From contig NC_091283.1 of assembly GCF_032444005.1 (NCBI RefSeq), positions 167,586,001 through 167,650,000 on the forward strand: 64,000 nucleotides of DNA. The letters run 5' to 3'. A program made the translations under genes and the position numbers. Under the pieces are notes generated by a model. The model did no database searches, was not told where the DNA came from, and saw nothing but the letters and a program-made list of their open reading frames with translations. Shown piece by piece: positions 1-28,774 of this stretch (positions are counted from its first letter, which is position 1; each line of letters opens with the position of its first letter). This DNA is from Ranitomeya imitator. Taxonomy: Eukaryota.

Positions 1-331
1 AACATTTTACAAATGATGCTGATGTAAAGCCGACATGTGGGAAATGTTATTTATTAATGGTTTTCTGTGGTATGACCATCTGAATTAAAGGGATAATCAA
101 AGTTTGAAATTAGCTATTTTTTTTTTTTTTTATATTTTTGTCAAATTTCTGATTTTTTTTTTTATAAATAAACACAAAGCATATCAACCTAAATTTACTA
201 TTACCATAAAGTACAATGTGTCACGAAAAAACAGTCTCAAAATCACTAGAATTTGTTGAAGCATTCCAGAGTTATTACCACATAAAGTGAGACTGTGCAG
301 ATATTTAAAATTTGGCTCCGTCATTAAGGGG
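1..331 (-). mobile_element. Terminal fragment of an older, diverged relative of the TTAA piggyBac-like element
   Basis: Ends in ...GTCATTAAGGGG followed by TTAG (degenerate TTAA). The reverse complement resembles the first ~330 bp of the copies starting at 5749, 15269 and 36308, with many substitutions. Confidence 0.6.
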
Positions 332-439
332 TTAGAATGGAGCCAAGCTGCAATACCAGATACAGCCTATGGCCTGGGGGGGCTGCCATGAAATAAGAGA
401 AAGCAGACCCTTTTATCTTGTCATATACCACCCCTTTAA

Positions 440-4518
<4,079 letters not shown>

Positions 4519-4882
4519 GAACTGAAGAACTGCCCGAATGCAACAGCCCAAGTAAAAGTGTCCGTTTCTAGAAACATTTCTTCTTCGTTGCCCTGTAATG
4601 GGAATTGTATGAGGGATTCTTACTGGACAAAAGAGAATAAACAGAATTAATGTGTCCATCAGAAAACATGCCAAACACCCCCATTCTCCTGCACGCTAGG
4701 GGTGATCGTACAATACACACGTTGAGGGTCACACGTTATACAATGAACACTGTTTATTTCTATACAGAAGGATAAGAACGCTTCACTTATACAAATCCCA
4801 TATTCTTCCTTAACCTGTATCGCAAGTCTTCTACATCACCACCATTGAAATAACAAGCCCGAGCAGACGTCGCTTTCCAGCG

Positions 4883-7800
4883 TCAGTGCGGTATATTGCT
4901 TGGCCCCTCTGCAAATGGACTGGCTGCAAAATAAACCAACAAAGACTAGTAAAGGAGCTGCATGCTTATCCCTCAATGATGCCCCCCTCGAAATGTGGAC
5001 AGATCGGGGGTAGCTACAGACTGGGTCCCTGTCACACAATATTGGAGTGGAGATGGCACCAGAAAGAAGTGGTACAGAGCTGATGGAGGCAAAATCATGA
5101 CATGGCAGGGTGAATAAAGACTGGGCGACTCTGGGACCCCTCCATCAACCACAACAGAGCTGTAGAATACTATATGCCCCCTTCAATGGCAGCCTGTAGC
5201 ATTCTCAGATAATAATCAACAGCTGGACATAAAGGCCCCCATACACATTAGATGAAAGGCAGCCAAATTGACAATTTGGGTTGAACCAGTTGACCGTCTG
5301 ATATGTATGGCGGCCTCCCAACTCTTTCCCACGAGATGAAGTCTGGGGAGAAAAGGGTTTCTCCAGCAATGGGACCACCAAGTGTCACTTTACAAGAGGC
5401 TTAAGTTGTGTGACCCTTTAAAATAAAAGTTGTTTGTACTCTATAAAGCTATAAATAACCACAATGACGCTGTTACCTGTGTCTGTTTCACGAGCCGCAA
5501 ATAAATAGCAAAAATCCACCATTTGCAAAATTAATTGGAAACTAAAAATCAAAAGAGAATTTGTGCTGAAGTGAAATGGATTATTAGAACAATCGTGTGG
5601 ACGGAATGAATAAGCCAAATAGAATACATTTCACATTTATATAATAGATCCGATTGACAAGTACTCTGAGATAATGGCCCGGGTGTAACCATGGGGTTTA
5701 AACAAATGGTTATATCGCCTGCACAGGGATTTGCCCAAATGCAATTAACCCCTTTACCCCCAAGGGTGGTTTGCACGTTAATGACCGGGCCAATTTTTAC
5801 AATTCTGACCACTGTCCCTTTATGAGGTTATCACTCTAGAACGCTTCAACGGATCCCAGTGATTCTGACACATTGTTTTCTCGTGACATATTGTACTTCA
5901 TGACAATGGTAAAAATGATTTGATAGTACCTGCGTTTATTTGTGAAAAAAACGGAAATTTGGCGAAAATTATGAAAATTTCGCAATTTTCCAACTTTGAA
6001 TTTTTGTGCAATTAAATCACAGAGATATGTCACACAAAATACTTAATAAGTAACATTTCCCACATGTCTACTTTACATCAGCACAATTTTGGAACCAAAA
6101 TTTTTTTTTGTTAGGGAGTTATAAGGGTGAAAAGTTGACCAGCAATTTCTCATTTCTACAACACCATTTTATTTTAGGGACCACATCTCATTTGAAGTCA
6201 TTTTGAGGGGTCTATATGATAGAAAATACCCAAGTGTGACACCATTCTAAAAACTGCACCCCTCAAGGTGCTCAAAACCATATTCAAGGAGTTTATTAAC
6301 CCTTCTGGTGCTTCACAGGAATTTTTTGAATGTTTAAATAAAAATGAACATTTAACTTTTTTTCACAAAAAATTTAATTCAGCTCCAATTTGTTTTATTT
6401 TACCAAGGGTAACAGGAGAAAATGGACCCCAAACATTGTTGTACAATTTGTCCTGAGTACGCCAATACCCCACATGTGGGGGTAAACTACTGTTTGGGCG
6501 CATGGCAGAGCTCGGAAGGGAAGGAGCGCCATTTGACTTTTCAATGCAAAATTGACAGGAATTGAGATGGGACGCCATGTTTCGTTTGGAGAGCCCCTGA
6601 TGTGGCTAAACATTGAAACCCCCCACAAGTGACACCATTTTGGAAAGTAGACCCCCTAAGGAACTTATCTAGAGGTGTGGTGAGCACTTTGACCCACCAA
6701 GTGCTTCACAGAAGTTTATAATGTAGAACCGTAAAAATAAAAAAATCATATTTTTTCACAAAAATTATCTTTTCGCCCCCAATTTTTTATTTTCCCAAGG
6801 GTAAGAGAAAAAATTGGACCCCAAAAGTTGTTGTACAATTTGTCCTGAGGACGCCGATACCCCATATGTGGGGGTAAACCACTGTTTGGGCAGATGGGAG
6901 AGCTCGGAAGGGAAGGAGCGCCGTTTGACTTTTCAATGCAAAATTGACAGGAATTGAGATGGGACGCTGTTATGATCTGGTGGTCTTGGAGCAGCATGAG
7001 ACGTACTCTGGAGAAGGTGGTCCCTGTACTGACCGCAAACCCTGAACCTAGCAGCGCAACTAGAAGTAGCCGTGGGGGATACCTAACACTCCCTAGACCC
7101 CTCGGGACAGCCTAAGATCTAACTACCCCTAAAGACAGAAACAGGAAACCTATCTTGCCTCAGAGAAAATCCCCAAAGGATAGACAGCCCCCCACAAATA
7201 TTGACTGTGAGAGGAGAGGGAAATAACATACGCAGATATGAAATCAGATTTTAGCATAGGAGGCCATACTAGCTAAAAAGAAAGAATAGAACAGAGTACT
7301 ATGCGGTCAGTATAAAAACACTAGAAAATATCCACTGCAGAAAACACGGATCACGACATCTGACTAAAGACATGGGGGGTATATCTGCATCTCCAGAGAA
7401 ATAGCTAGGTTGCAAAAAATCCTTCACAGACCAAGCTGGACAAGACAAAAACATGAAAATGCACAGAACTATAAGGTCCACCGCAGGTGGACAGCAAAAA
7501 CAAAGCCAGGACTTATCTTTGTAGAAGCACACAGCAAACTGGAGAGACCAGCAGGGAAGTGAATCCTTCAAGAACAATGGGCAACTGGCACTGACTAAAG
7601 GATCCAGCAAAGCTATATACCCCAGTCAGTTTTGCAATTAGTAGATACACCTGTCCACTCCTGCAGTCCAGGCACAACTGCATTACCCTCTACGACCACC
7701 GGAGGGAGCCCAAAAGCTGAATTCACAACAGGACGCCATTTTGCATTTGGAGAGCCACTGATGTGCCTAAACATTGAACCCCCCCCACAAGTGACACCAT

Positions 7801-10800
7801 TTTGGAAAGTAGACCCCCTAAGGAACTTATCTGGATGTGTGGTGAGCACTTTGACCCACCAAGTGCTTCACAGAAGTTTATACTGCAGAACCGTAAAAAT
7901 AAAAAATCATATTTTTTCACAAAAATTATCTTTTCGCCCCCAATTTTTTATTTTCCCAAGGGTAAGAGAAGAAATTGGACCCCAAAAGTTGTTGTACAAT
8001 TTGTCCTGAGTACGCCGATTCCCCATATGTGGGGGTAAACCACTGTTTTGGCGGATGGGAGAGCTCGGAAAGGACGGAGCGCCGTTTGACTTTTCAATGC
8101 AAAACTGACAGGAATTGAGATGGGATGCCATGTTGCGTTTGGAGAGCCACTGATGTGCCTAAACATTGAAACCCCCCTCAAGTGACACCATTTTGGAAAG
8201 TAGACCCCCTAAGGAACTTATCTAGAGGTGTGGTGAGCACTTTGACCCACCAAGTGCTTCACAGAAGTTTATAATGCAGAGCCGTAAAAATAAAACAAAA
8301 ATTTTTTCCCACAAAAATTATTTTTTTAGCCCCCAGTTTTGTATTTTCCCGAGGAGAAATTGGACCCCAAAATTTGTTGCCCAATTTGTCCTGAGTGCGA
8401 TGATACACCATATGTGGGGGGGGGAACCACTGTTTGGGCGCATGGGAGGGCTCGGAAGGGAAGGAGTGCCATTTGAATGCAGACTTAGATGGAATGATCT
8501 GCAGGTGTCACATTGCATTTGCAGAGCCCCTAAACAGTAGAAACCCCCCACAAGTGACCCCATATTGGAAACTAGACCCCCCAGGGAACTTATCTAGATG
8601 TGTTGTGAGAACTTTGAACCCCCAAGTGTTTCACTACAGTTTATAACGCAGAGCCGTGAAAATAAAAAATCTTTTTTTTTCCCCCCACAAAAATTATTTT
8701 TTTAGCCCCCAGTTTTGTATTTTCCCAAGGGTAACAGGAGAAATTGGACCCCAAAAGTTGTTGTCCTATTTGTCCTGAGTATGCTGATACCCCATATGTT
8801 GGGGTAAACCCCTGTTTGGGCACACGGGAGAGCTTGGAAGGGAAGAAGCACTGCTTTACTTTTTCAACGCCGAATTGGCTGGAATTGAGATCGGACGCCA
8901 TGTCGCGTTTGGAGAGCCCCTGATGTGCCTAAACAGTGGAAACCCCCCAATTATAACTGAAACCCTAATCCAAACACACCCCTAACCCTAATTCCAACGG
9001 TAACCCTAACCACACCTCTAACCCAGACACACCCCTAACCCTAATCCCAACCCTATTCCCAACTGTAAATGTAATCTAAACCCTAACTGTAACTTTAGCC
9101 CCAACCCTAACCCTAACTTTAGCCCCAACCCAAACTGTAGCCCTAACCCTAACCCTAGCCCTAATGGGAAAATGGAAATAAATACATTTTTTTAATTTTT
9201 CCCTAACTAAGGGGGTGATGAAGGGGGGTTTGATTTACTTTTATGGTGGGTTTTTTAGCGGATTTTTATGATTGGCAGCCGTCACACACTGAAAGACGCT
9301 TTTTATTGCAAAAAATATTTTTTGCGTTACCACATTTTGAGAGCTATAATTTTTCCTTATTTTGGTCCACAGAGTCATGTGAGGTCTTGTTTTTTGCGGG
9401 ACGAGTTGACGTTTTTATTGGTAACATTTTCGGGCACGTGACATTTTTTGATCGCTTTTTATTCCGATTTTTGTGAGGCAGAATGACCAAAAACCAGCTA
9501 TTCATGAATTTCTTTTGGGGGAGGCGTTTATACCGTTCCGCGTTTGGTAAAATTGATAAAGCAATTTTATTCTTAGGGTCAGTACGATTACAGCGACACC
9601 TCATTTATATCATTTTTTTACGTTTTGGCGCTTTTATACGATAAAAACTATTTTATAGAAAAAATAATTATTTTTGCATCGCTTTATTCTCAGGACTATA
9701 ACTTTTTTATTTTTTTGCTGATGATGCTGTATGGCGGCTCGTTTTTTGCGGGACAAGATGTCGCTTTCAGCGGTTCCATGGTTATTTATATCTGTCTTTT
9801 TGATCGCGTGTTATTCCACTTTTTGTTCGGAGGTATGATAATAAAGCGTTGTTTTTTGCCTCTTTTTTTTTTTTTTTTTCTTATGGTGTTTACTGAAGGG
9901 GTTAACTAGTGGGCCAGTTTTATAGGTCGGGCCGTTACGGACGCGGCGATACTAAATATATGTACTTTTATTGTTTGTTTTTTTTTTATTTAGATAAAGA
10001 AATGTATTTATGGGAATAATATATATATTTTTTTCATTATTTAGGAATATTTTTTTTTTAGTTTTATTTTTTTACACATTTGGAAAAATTTTTTTTAACT
10101 TTTTTACTTTGTCCCAGGGGGAGACATCACAGATCGGTGATCTGACAGTTTGCACAGCACTCTGTCAGATCCCCGATCTCACTTACAGCACTGCAGGCTT
10201 CACAGTGCCTGCTCTGAGCATGCTTCACAGTGCCTGCTCTGAGCAGGCTCTGTGAAGCCACCTCCCTCCCTGCAGGACCCGGATCTGCGGCCATCTTGGA
10301 TCCGGGGCTGGAGCAGGCAGGGAGGGAGGTAAGACCCTCGCAGCAACGCTATCACATCGCGTTGCTGCGGGGGGCTCAGGGAAGCCCGCAGGGAGCCCCC
10401 TCCCTGCGCGATGCTTCCCTGCACCGCCGGCACATCGCGATCATGTTTGATCGCGGTATGCCAGGGGTTAATGTGCCGGGGGCGGTCCGTAACCGCTCCT
10501 GGCACATAGTGCCGGATGTCAGCTGCAATGGGCAGCTGACACCCGGCCGCGATCGGCCGCGCTCCCCCCGTGAGCGCCGCCAATCGCGCTGGACGTACTA
10601 TCCCGTCGGTGGTCATAGGGGCCCACCCCACCTCGACGGGATAGTACGTCCGATGTCAGAAAGGTGTTAAAGGGACTCTGTCACCTGAATTTGGAGGGAA
10701 CAATCTTCAGCCATAGGGGCGGGGTTTTCGGGTGTTTGATTCACCCTTTCCTTACCCGCTGGCTGCATGCTGGCTGCAATATTGAAGTTCATTCTCTGTC

Positions 10801-13800
10801 CTCCATAGTACACGCCTGCGCAAGGCAAGATTGCCTTGTGCAGGCATGTACTACGGAGGACAGAAAATGAACTTCAATCCAATAATGCAGCCAGCGGGTA
10901 AGGAAAGGGTGAATCAAACACCCGAAAACTCCGCCCCTATGGCTGAAGATTGTTCCCTCCAAATCCAGGTGACACTGTCCCTTTAAAAGGCATCAAGTAC
11001 AAATGGCGCAGACAGCAGACTGCAACCATGTATGTAGGATCCACGTATATAGTGGGAGGATGGATGGCATGCAGTATGTATAATTATAGAATAACTACGG
11101 ACTAACAGGCATCTACATTACTATCATTATACATACCACACATCCATCCTCCCACTATATACGTGGATCCTACATGCATGGTTGCATTCTGCTGTATGTG
11201 CCGTTTACACTTGATGCCTTTAATTGCATTCAGGCAAATCCCTGTGCAGGCGATATATCCATTTGTTTACACCCCATATGGTTACACCCGGGCCATCATC
11301 TCAGAATACTTGTCTATCGGATCTATTCTATAAGGCTATGTTCACACCTTGCGTCGGGTCCCTGCGGGTTCTCCCGCAGCGGATTTGATAAATCTGCAGG
11401 GCAAAACAACTGCGGTTCTTCCTGCAGATTTATCGCGGTTTGTTCCGCGTTTTCCGCTGCGGGTTTCCGCCTATACTATTGATGCTGCATATGCAGCAAT
11501 ATGCAGCATCAATAGTAATGTTAAAAATAATAAAAATTGGTTATACTCACCCTCTGATGTCCGGATCTCCTGGGCGCTGCACCCGGCGGTCCGGTTCCTA
11601 AGATGCTGTGGGAGAAGGACCCTTCGTGACGTCACGGTCATGTGACCGCGACGTCACCGCAGGTCCTGGTCGCACAGCAACTCTGACCGGACAGCCGCGT
11701 GCAGCGCCCAGGAGCTCCGGACATCAGAGGGTGAGTATAACCAGATTTTTTATTTTTTAACCCCAAATATGGTTCCCAGGGCCTGGAGGAGAGTCTCCTC
11801 TCCTCCACCCCGGGTACCACCCGCACATTATCCGCTTACTTCCCGCAACGTGGGCACAGCCCCATGCGGGAAGTAAGCGGTTCAATGCATTCCTATGGGT
11901 GCAGAATCGTAGCGATTCTGCACAAAGAAGTGACATGCTGCGGGTTGTAAACCGCTGCGTTCCCGCGCGGTTTTTCCCGCAGCATGTGCACAGCGGTTTG
12001 CGGTTTCCATAGGGTTTACATGTTACTGTAAACGCTATGGAAACTGCTGCGGACCCGCAGCATCAAAATCGCGGCGGTTCCGCGGTAAAAACCGCTAAGT
12101 GTGAATATAGCCTAAAGGTGAAATATATTTCTATTTAGCTTATTCATTCAGTCCACACGATTGTTCTAATAATTCATTCATTTTAGCACAAATGCTATTT
12201 TGCTTGTTCGCACTCTATAGTTTAGAGAACTTACGGTTTTGAAATTGCTGTGACGTGTAGCGGGTGAGGAGGATGCCGACACCTTCTATGAGCGCCAATA
12301 ATATCCCCCCCATCAGCGCTGAGCCCACCATAGCCAGTGGTCCACCTAAGGAATGAAGCACAGCAGTGCTGACGATTATTCAGGCAGACTCGTAATGAGC
12401 AGATCCCTACAGAGTCTTCGTTCAGGACAGTGACCGTCAGAGTGGTCGTGTAAGTTTATTATCCAAGGATTTCTGCTACTTTTCCCCATTTTAATTTATG
12501 CGGGTCCAAGAAGTGACTGTCTGTGGGGGCCTAAGGCATTCACCGCCTCACTGAGCCAACTGCAAAGATTCAGTGAGACGCCCTGTTCCCATCATTTTTC
12601 CCTTAACCTTTGAATATTAAGAGGTACAAATATCCCCCGCTCAAGACTTCCATTGCCAAAAGAGATCATCTCTCTCGTAGGCTGAGGCCATCTCTAGATT
12701 ACATAGTTGGTCATTGACTGGCTGATAACGCCATATCCCATGCATTGGCCCCAAGAATGCCCCCTCATAGTAAAAGCCTCCATCCTGTGGTCAGGGGCCA
12801 CATCTCACTGTATTAGTGTAACATGTAATTAGAAAATCTTCTATCATGCGTCTTCTACAGGAATTTAGAAATGTCCACAAGTATGAAGAATCGAAAAGGG
12901 GCGAGAGGTTTCTTACTGCGAGACGCCAGCACGGCCCCGGTAAGAGCTCCGCTGGTGATGGAATTCCAGGGGTCCTCCTTCCCACGAAGCTTCACCAGAC
13001 CACAGTCAATAGTGGAGAACAAGCCCCCCCACACCGCGAAGCTGCCTGTACAATAGAGAGACAGTGAGGGGGCGTAATTGAGTGGGGGGATAGCATCAAA
13101 ACAGGCCCCCCAATCACAGACCTCACCTCCTATCTGTGGAGCGCGGATTTTAACAGCATTCATACTGCCCCGCAGACGGTGCTTGTACCCCTGCGAAGAA
13201 AGAACAGGAGTTAATGTAATGGACCCAACGATGCCGGATCCTTCTTCACCAGCAGCGGGCAGCGCAGGAGCGAGGGCCAAGGCTCTGCAGTCAGGGAATG
13301 AAGTGGTGGTCACACAGGTTATACATCGGAGTACCCCTGTAAGAGGAACACGACAGGATATACTCACCACCGGAGCATTTCTGAACCCTTTAATTGACTG
13401 AAATACCCCTCCCCCGATGAGTCCCATTGTAAAGGCTCCGCCGCAGTCATCGACAATCCTCCAGGGGCTGGAAAAGGAAAATGGCAGCTGTTACTCTGCG
13501 AAAGATTCAAAGGACAAGTCCACTTTTTACAATATTTCATCTCGCCACTGGATAGAGTTGGTGAAAGCGAAAAATTAACACCAAGACGTCACCACAGAGG
13601 TCAGACATGTCCCCGTGCCATCACTACAGATAGTACCTCTGCTTGCTGACGCGTTAGCAAAACTCCTACCGCATCTATCACTTCTGACCAGCGCAAAAGG
13701 CCATCAGGTAGCAAAACTACAAGTCCCATGATGTCAGTCCCATTACCAGACTGTCAGAGCATGCTGGGAGCTGTAGTTCGCAAGCTATGGGGGTCTCCTC

Positions 13801-14468
13801 TATTGCCTACCTCCATATAGGCCTTTATGTATAGGAAGGAGGCTGTAGAGAGATAAAACACTTGTGCTGAGAATGTCAGCACATATTGTGCCATCAAGGA
13901 ATGGAAACACTTTCTGGCGGATTATCTGAGAAAGGAGAAGGCGCCCTCAGCTAGGTCCTGCTCCTGCGTCAGCCAGATGTGGCCATCTTCAGGGCAGGAG
14001 GATTGCCATTCCCTGACAGCACGCAGAGATCGTGAACGGGCAAGAAGCTGGAGTCCGTCTGATCTCATTCCGCGCAGGGTCACAGGCGGTGCGGGACAAG
14101 AATGGTCGAAATTGTGTTCCAAGCGATGTGAGGTGCATGAGATGGCCCTAATTAGTGAGCAGGGCCAAGTATCCAAAGCGTTGCTAAGGAGAAGCCTCCA
14201 TGCTTCCCATAGCAACCAATCATAGTCCTCTTTTCATTTTCTCATGGAAGGTTAGAAAATACAAGCTAAGCTCTGATTGGTTGCCACTGACAAGAGTCTG
14301 GGAAACCAAATTTCCCGGCAACCTCTGCGCAGCTGTACATGCTGGCGCCCAGAATGCACTGGGGTGTTGACATCCCCTAAAGTGCCAACACTTTGCCACA
14401 TAGCTACAGGCAGCAATACATTCCCGTCATGCCCTGCGTTACCATGGTTCCCGCACATATTCCTCCAT
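4883..14468 (-). CDS. TIMM17B: Mitochondrial import inner membrane translocase subunit Tim17-B (156 aa)
   Basis: Exons 14468-14443 (26 nt), 13467-13368 (100), 13190-13127 (64), 13045-12917 (129), 12345-12235 (111), 4923-4883 (41); total 471 nt, all GT-AG. Protein [24 protein letters not shown]...[31 protein letters not shown]...[14 protein letters not shown]. Head-to-head with PQBP1 as in mammals. Minus-strand AATAAA at 4758-4753. Confidence 0.95.
6968..7730. mobile_element. Solo LTR (763 bp) inserted in piggyBac-like copy 1
   Basis: TGTTATGA...TCACAACA termini (TG...CA, imperfect 8-bp inverted repeat). Flanking duplication GGACGC at 6962-6967 and 7731-7736. Absent from the equivalent module in copies 2 and 3. 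Confidence 0.8.
8961..9164. repeat. Degenerate telomere-like (CCCTAA)n tract inside copy 1
   Basis: Mixed CCCTAA, CCCTAG and CCCCAA units; same position in copies 2 and 3. Confidence 0.8.
10671..10982. mobile_element. T2/Kolobok-type MITE
   Basis: TTAA|AGGGAC...GTCCCT|TTAA termini with long (>100 bp) near-perfect TIRs. Shares the TTAA at 10667-10670 with piggyBac-like copy 1. Confidence 0.85.
11334..12112. mobile_element. PIF/Harbinger-type non-autonomous element
   Basis: TAA duplication at 11331-11333 and 12113-12115. TIR GGCTATGTTCACAC / GTGTGAATATAGCC. Internal inverted sub-repeats. Confidence 0.8.
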
Positions 14469-14909
14469 TCTTTGGGGCCAGCAGTGGAAGTGACGTCGGC
14501 CGCTTTAAGAGCATTAGATCACGTGGGAAAATAAAGCACTTCCTATTGGCAACAGATCGGAAGCGAGACGTGGAACGCACAACCTTGCGTATCAGTGACG
14601 CCATCAGCCTGCGACCTCCACAAACGGGAGGGGAACACTGAGAGGAGAGCGGCGGCGCACGCAGAGCTGGGTTTGTATATTTGCTCTCAGCTTTACCCTG
14701 GGAGGGGTCACGTGTTTGTAACTGGTGCAAAACTGCAAGTATCAGCTTCCCCTAGCAGTCCGGTGTACCACAAGTACCAGCAGAGTGTGGAGCAGTAGTG
14801 GCGCTAGAGTTCTGGGGGTCACCACTCAGCGGTGCCTTTGGGAGCAGTGGGCACATTTTGGGGCTGGCACCTCTCACCAGTGTCTATACCTGCAGGTTGG
14901 GGACTCGCA
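14469..14909. promoter_or_regulatory. TIMM17B/PQBP1 bidirectional promoter and 5' UTR region
   Basis: 441 bp between divergent ATGs, CpG-rich. ETS-CRE-like GGAAGTGACGTC at 14486-14497, CACGTG near 14520, ATTGG near 14545. PQBP1 acceptor precedes 14896. Confidence 0.7.
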
Positions 14910-27753
<12,844 letters not shown>

Positions 27754-27956
27754 GGATGCTTTTCTCCAGGAGAATCCATGTCTTTCAGCTTTGTACAGTT
27801 TCCCTTGCTCAGTGTGATGTGTTGTGTATGAAATAAAGTGTTGTAAAAACGTGAGCCTCTGAGTGACTAATGCGGACAAGATGGATGATTTCAGCTAGCG
27901 TCAGTGTGTCAAGTTTAGGGTATCGCTGTTGTATTGAGCCACCCATGGGAGACCAC

Positions 27957-28253
27957 TAGTGATGAGCGAATATGCTCCTTACTCGAGCATGCTCGGGCGT
28001 TCTCCGAGTATTATTTAGTGCTCAGACTTAGTTTTCATCGCCACAGCTGAATGATTTACATCTGTTAGCCAGCATAAGTACATGTGGGGGTTGCCTGGTT
28101 GCTAGGGAATCCCCACATGTACTTATGCTGGCTGACAGATGTAAATCATTCAGCTGCGGCGATGAAAACTAAATCTCCGAGCACTAAATACTCAGAGGAC
28201 CCCCCGAGCGTGCTCGAGAAATCTCAAGTAAGGAGTATATTCGCTCATCCCTA
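27957..28253. mobile_element. hAT-type palindromic MITE
   Basis: TAGTGATGAGCGAATAT...ATATTCGCTCATCCCTA termini, 8-bp duplication GAGACCAC / AAGACCAC, almost fully self-complementary body. Confidence 0.8.
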
Positions 28254-28528
28254 AAGACCACCGCTCTAAATCTTGCAGACTGTTTTTACAAAGTATTATG
28301 GAAAATAAGGCGACTACTGACGAGTGTATTTTACTACTTCCCCCATCTCAGGAGATGCTCAATGTATCCAAAGCTATGGGATGGCAGCCAGCCCCTCCAC
28401 CCGTCTTACCTTACATACACTGTGCACTGACTGCTAGGGCACGAGAGAGGAAGCTGCACGTAGACTTGTAGACCCACTGTGCCACAGGACCTGGCCTGGT
28501 TAGGAAGGACGTAGCTACGCGGCTACAT

Positions 28529-28774
28529 GGGCAGCACGGTGGCTCCCTGGTTAGCACTGTTGCTCTGCGGTCCTGGGGCCGAATCCCACCTAGGACAACA
28601 TCTGCAAGTGGTTTGTATGTTTTCCCAGTGTTTGTGTGGATTCTCTCCGGTTTCCAAAGTCATGATGATAGGGAATCTAGATTGTGAGCCCCAATGGGGA
28701 CAGTGTACGAGTGCATGGGGATAATGTCTAAAGTGCTGCAGAATATGATGGTCGTATATAAGCAAAGCATAATA
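28529..28774 (+). mobile_element. tRNA-derived SINE (V-SINE-like) with L2-like tail
   Basis: GGGCAGCACGGTGGCTC..GGTTAGCACTGTTGC head, TTTGTGTGGATTCTCTCCGGTTTCC core, TAGATTGTGAGCCCC..AAAGTGCTGCAGAATATG tail. Confidence 0.65.

Larger units (their letters stand above)
5749..10666 (+). mobile_element. Non-autonomous TTAA-target (piggyBac-like) element, copy 1, in TIMM17B intron 5
   Basis: TTAA at 5745-5748 and 10667-10670. Starts CCCCTTTACCCCCAAGGG. Five ~390-bp internal modules, a CCCTAA-rich tract, a subterminal hairpin GACGTACTATCCCGTC...GACGGGATAGTACGTC, and no transposase ORF. Confidence 0.85.
5558..12192. repeat. Interrupted foldback (inverted repeat with ~290-bp arms) hosting nested insertions
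   Basis: Left arm ~5558-5748 plus 10987-11070 is the reverse complement of right arm ~11140-11333 plus 12116-12192. Examples: GATCCGATTGACAAGTACTCTGAGAT vs ATCTCAGAATACTTGTCTATCGGATC; TTAGAACAATCGTGTGGAC vs GTCCACACGATTGTTCTAA. Confidence 0.8.

Noticed and set aside
8961-9164. True telomere or chromosome-fusion site
   Set aside because: Short, degenerate, single orientation and embedded at the same position in three transposon copies.
6268-9909. Many 60-125-aa ORFs repeated in the piggyBac-like copies
   Set aside because: No transposase or other domain; they recur only because the 390-bp module is repeated, and the stops differ between modules.
12855-13427. 190-aa ORF as the whole TIMM17B
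   Set aside because: It reads through two short introns that happen to be in frame; the spliced six-exon model has canonical sites and expected exon sizes.
13716-13779. Pair of inverted ZNF143/SBS-like motifs (ACTACAAGTCCCATGATG; GCATGCTGGGAGCTGTAGTTC) in TIMM17B intron 1
   Set aside because: Plausible regulatory sites, but the same motif is common in frog repeats and cannot be distinguished without chromatin data.
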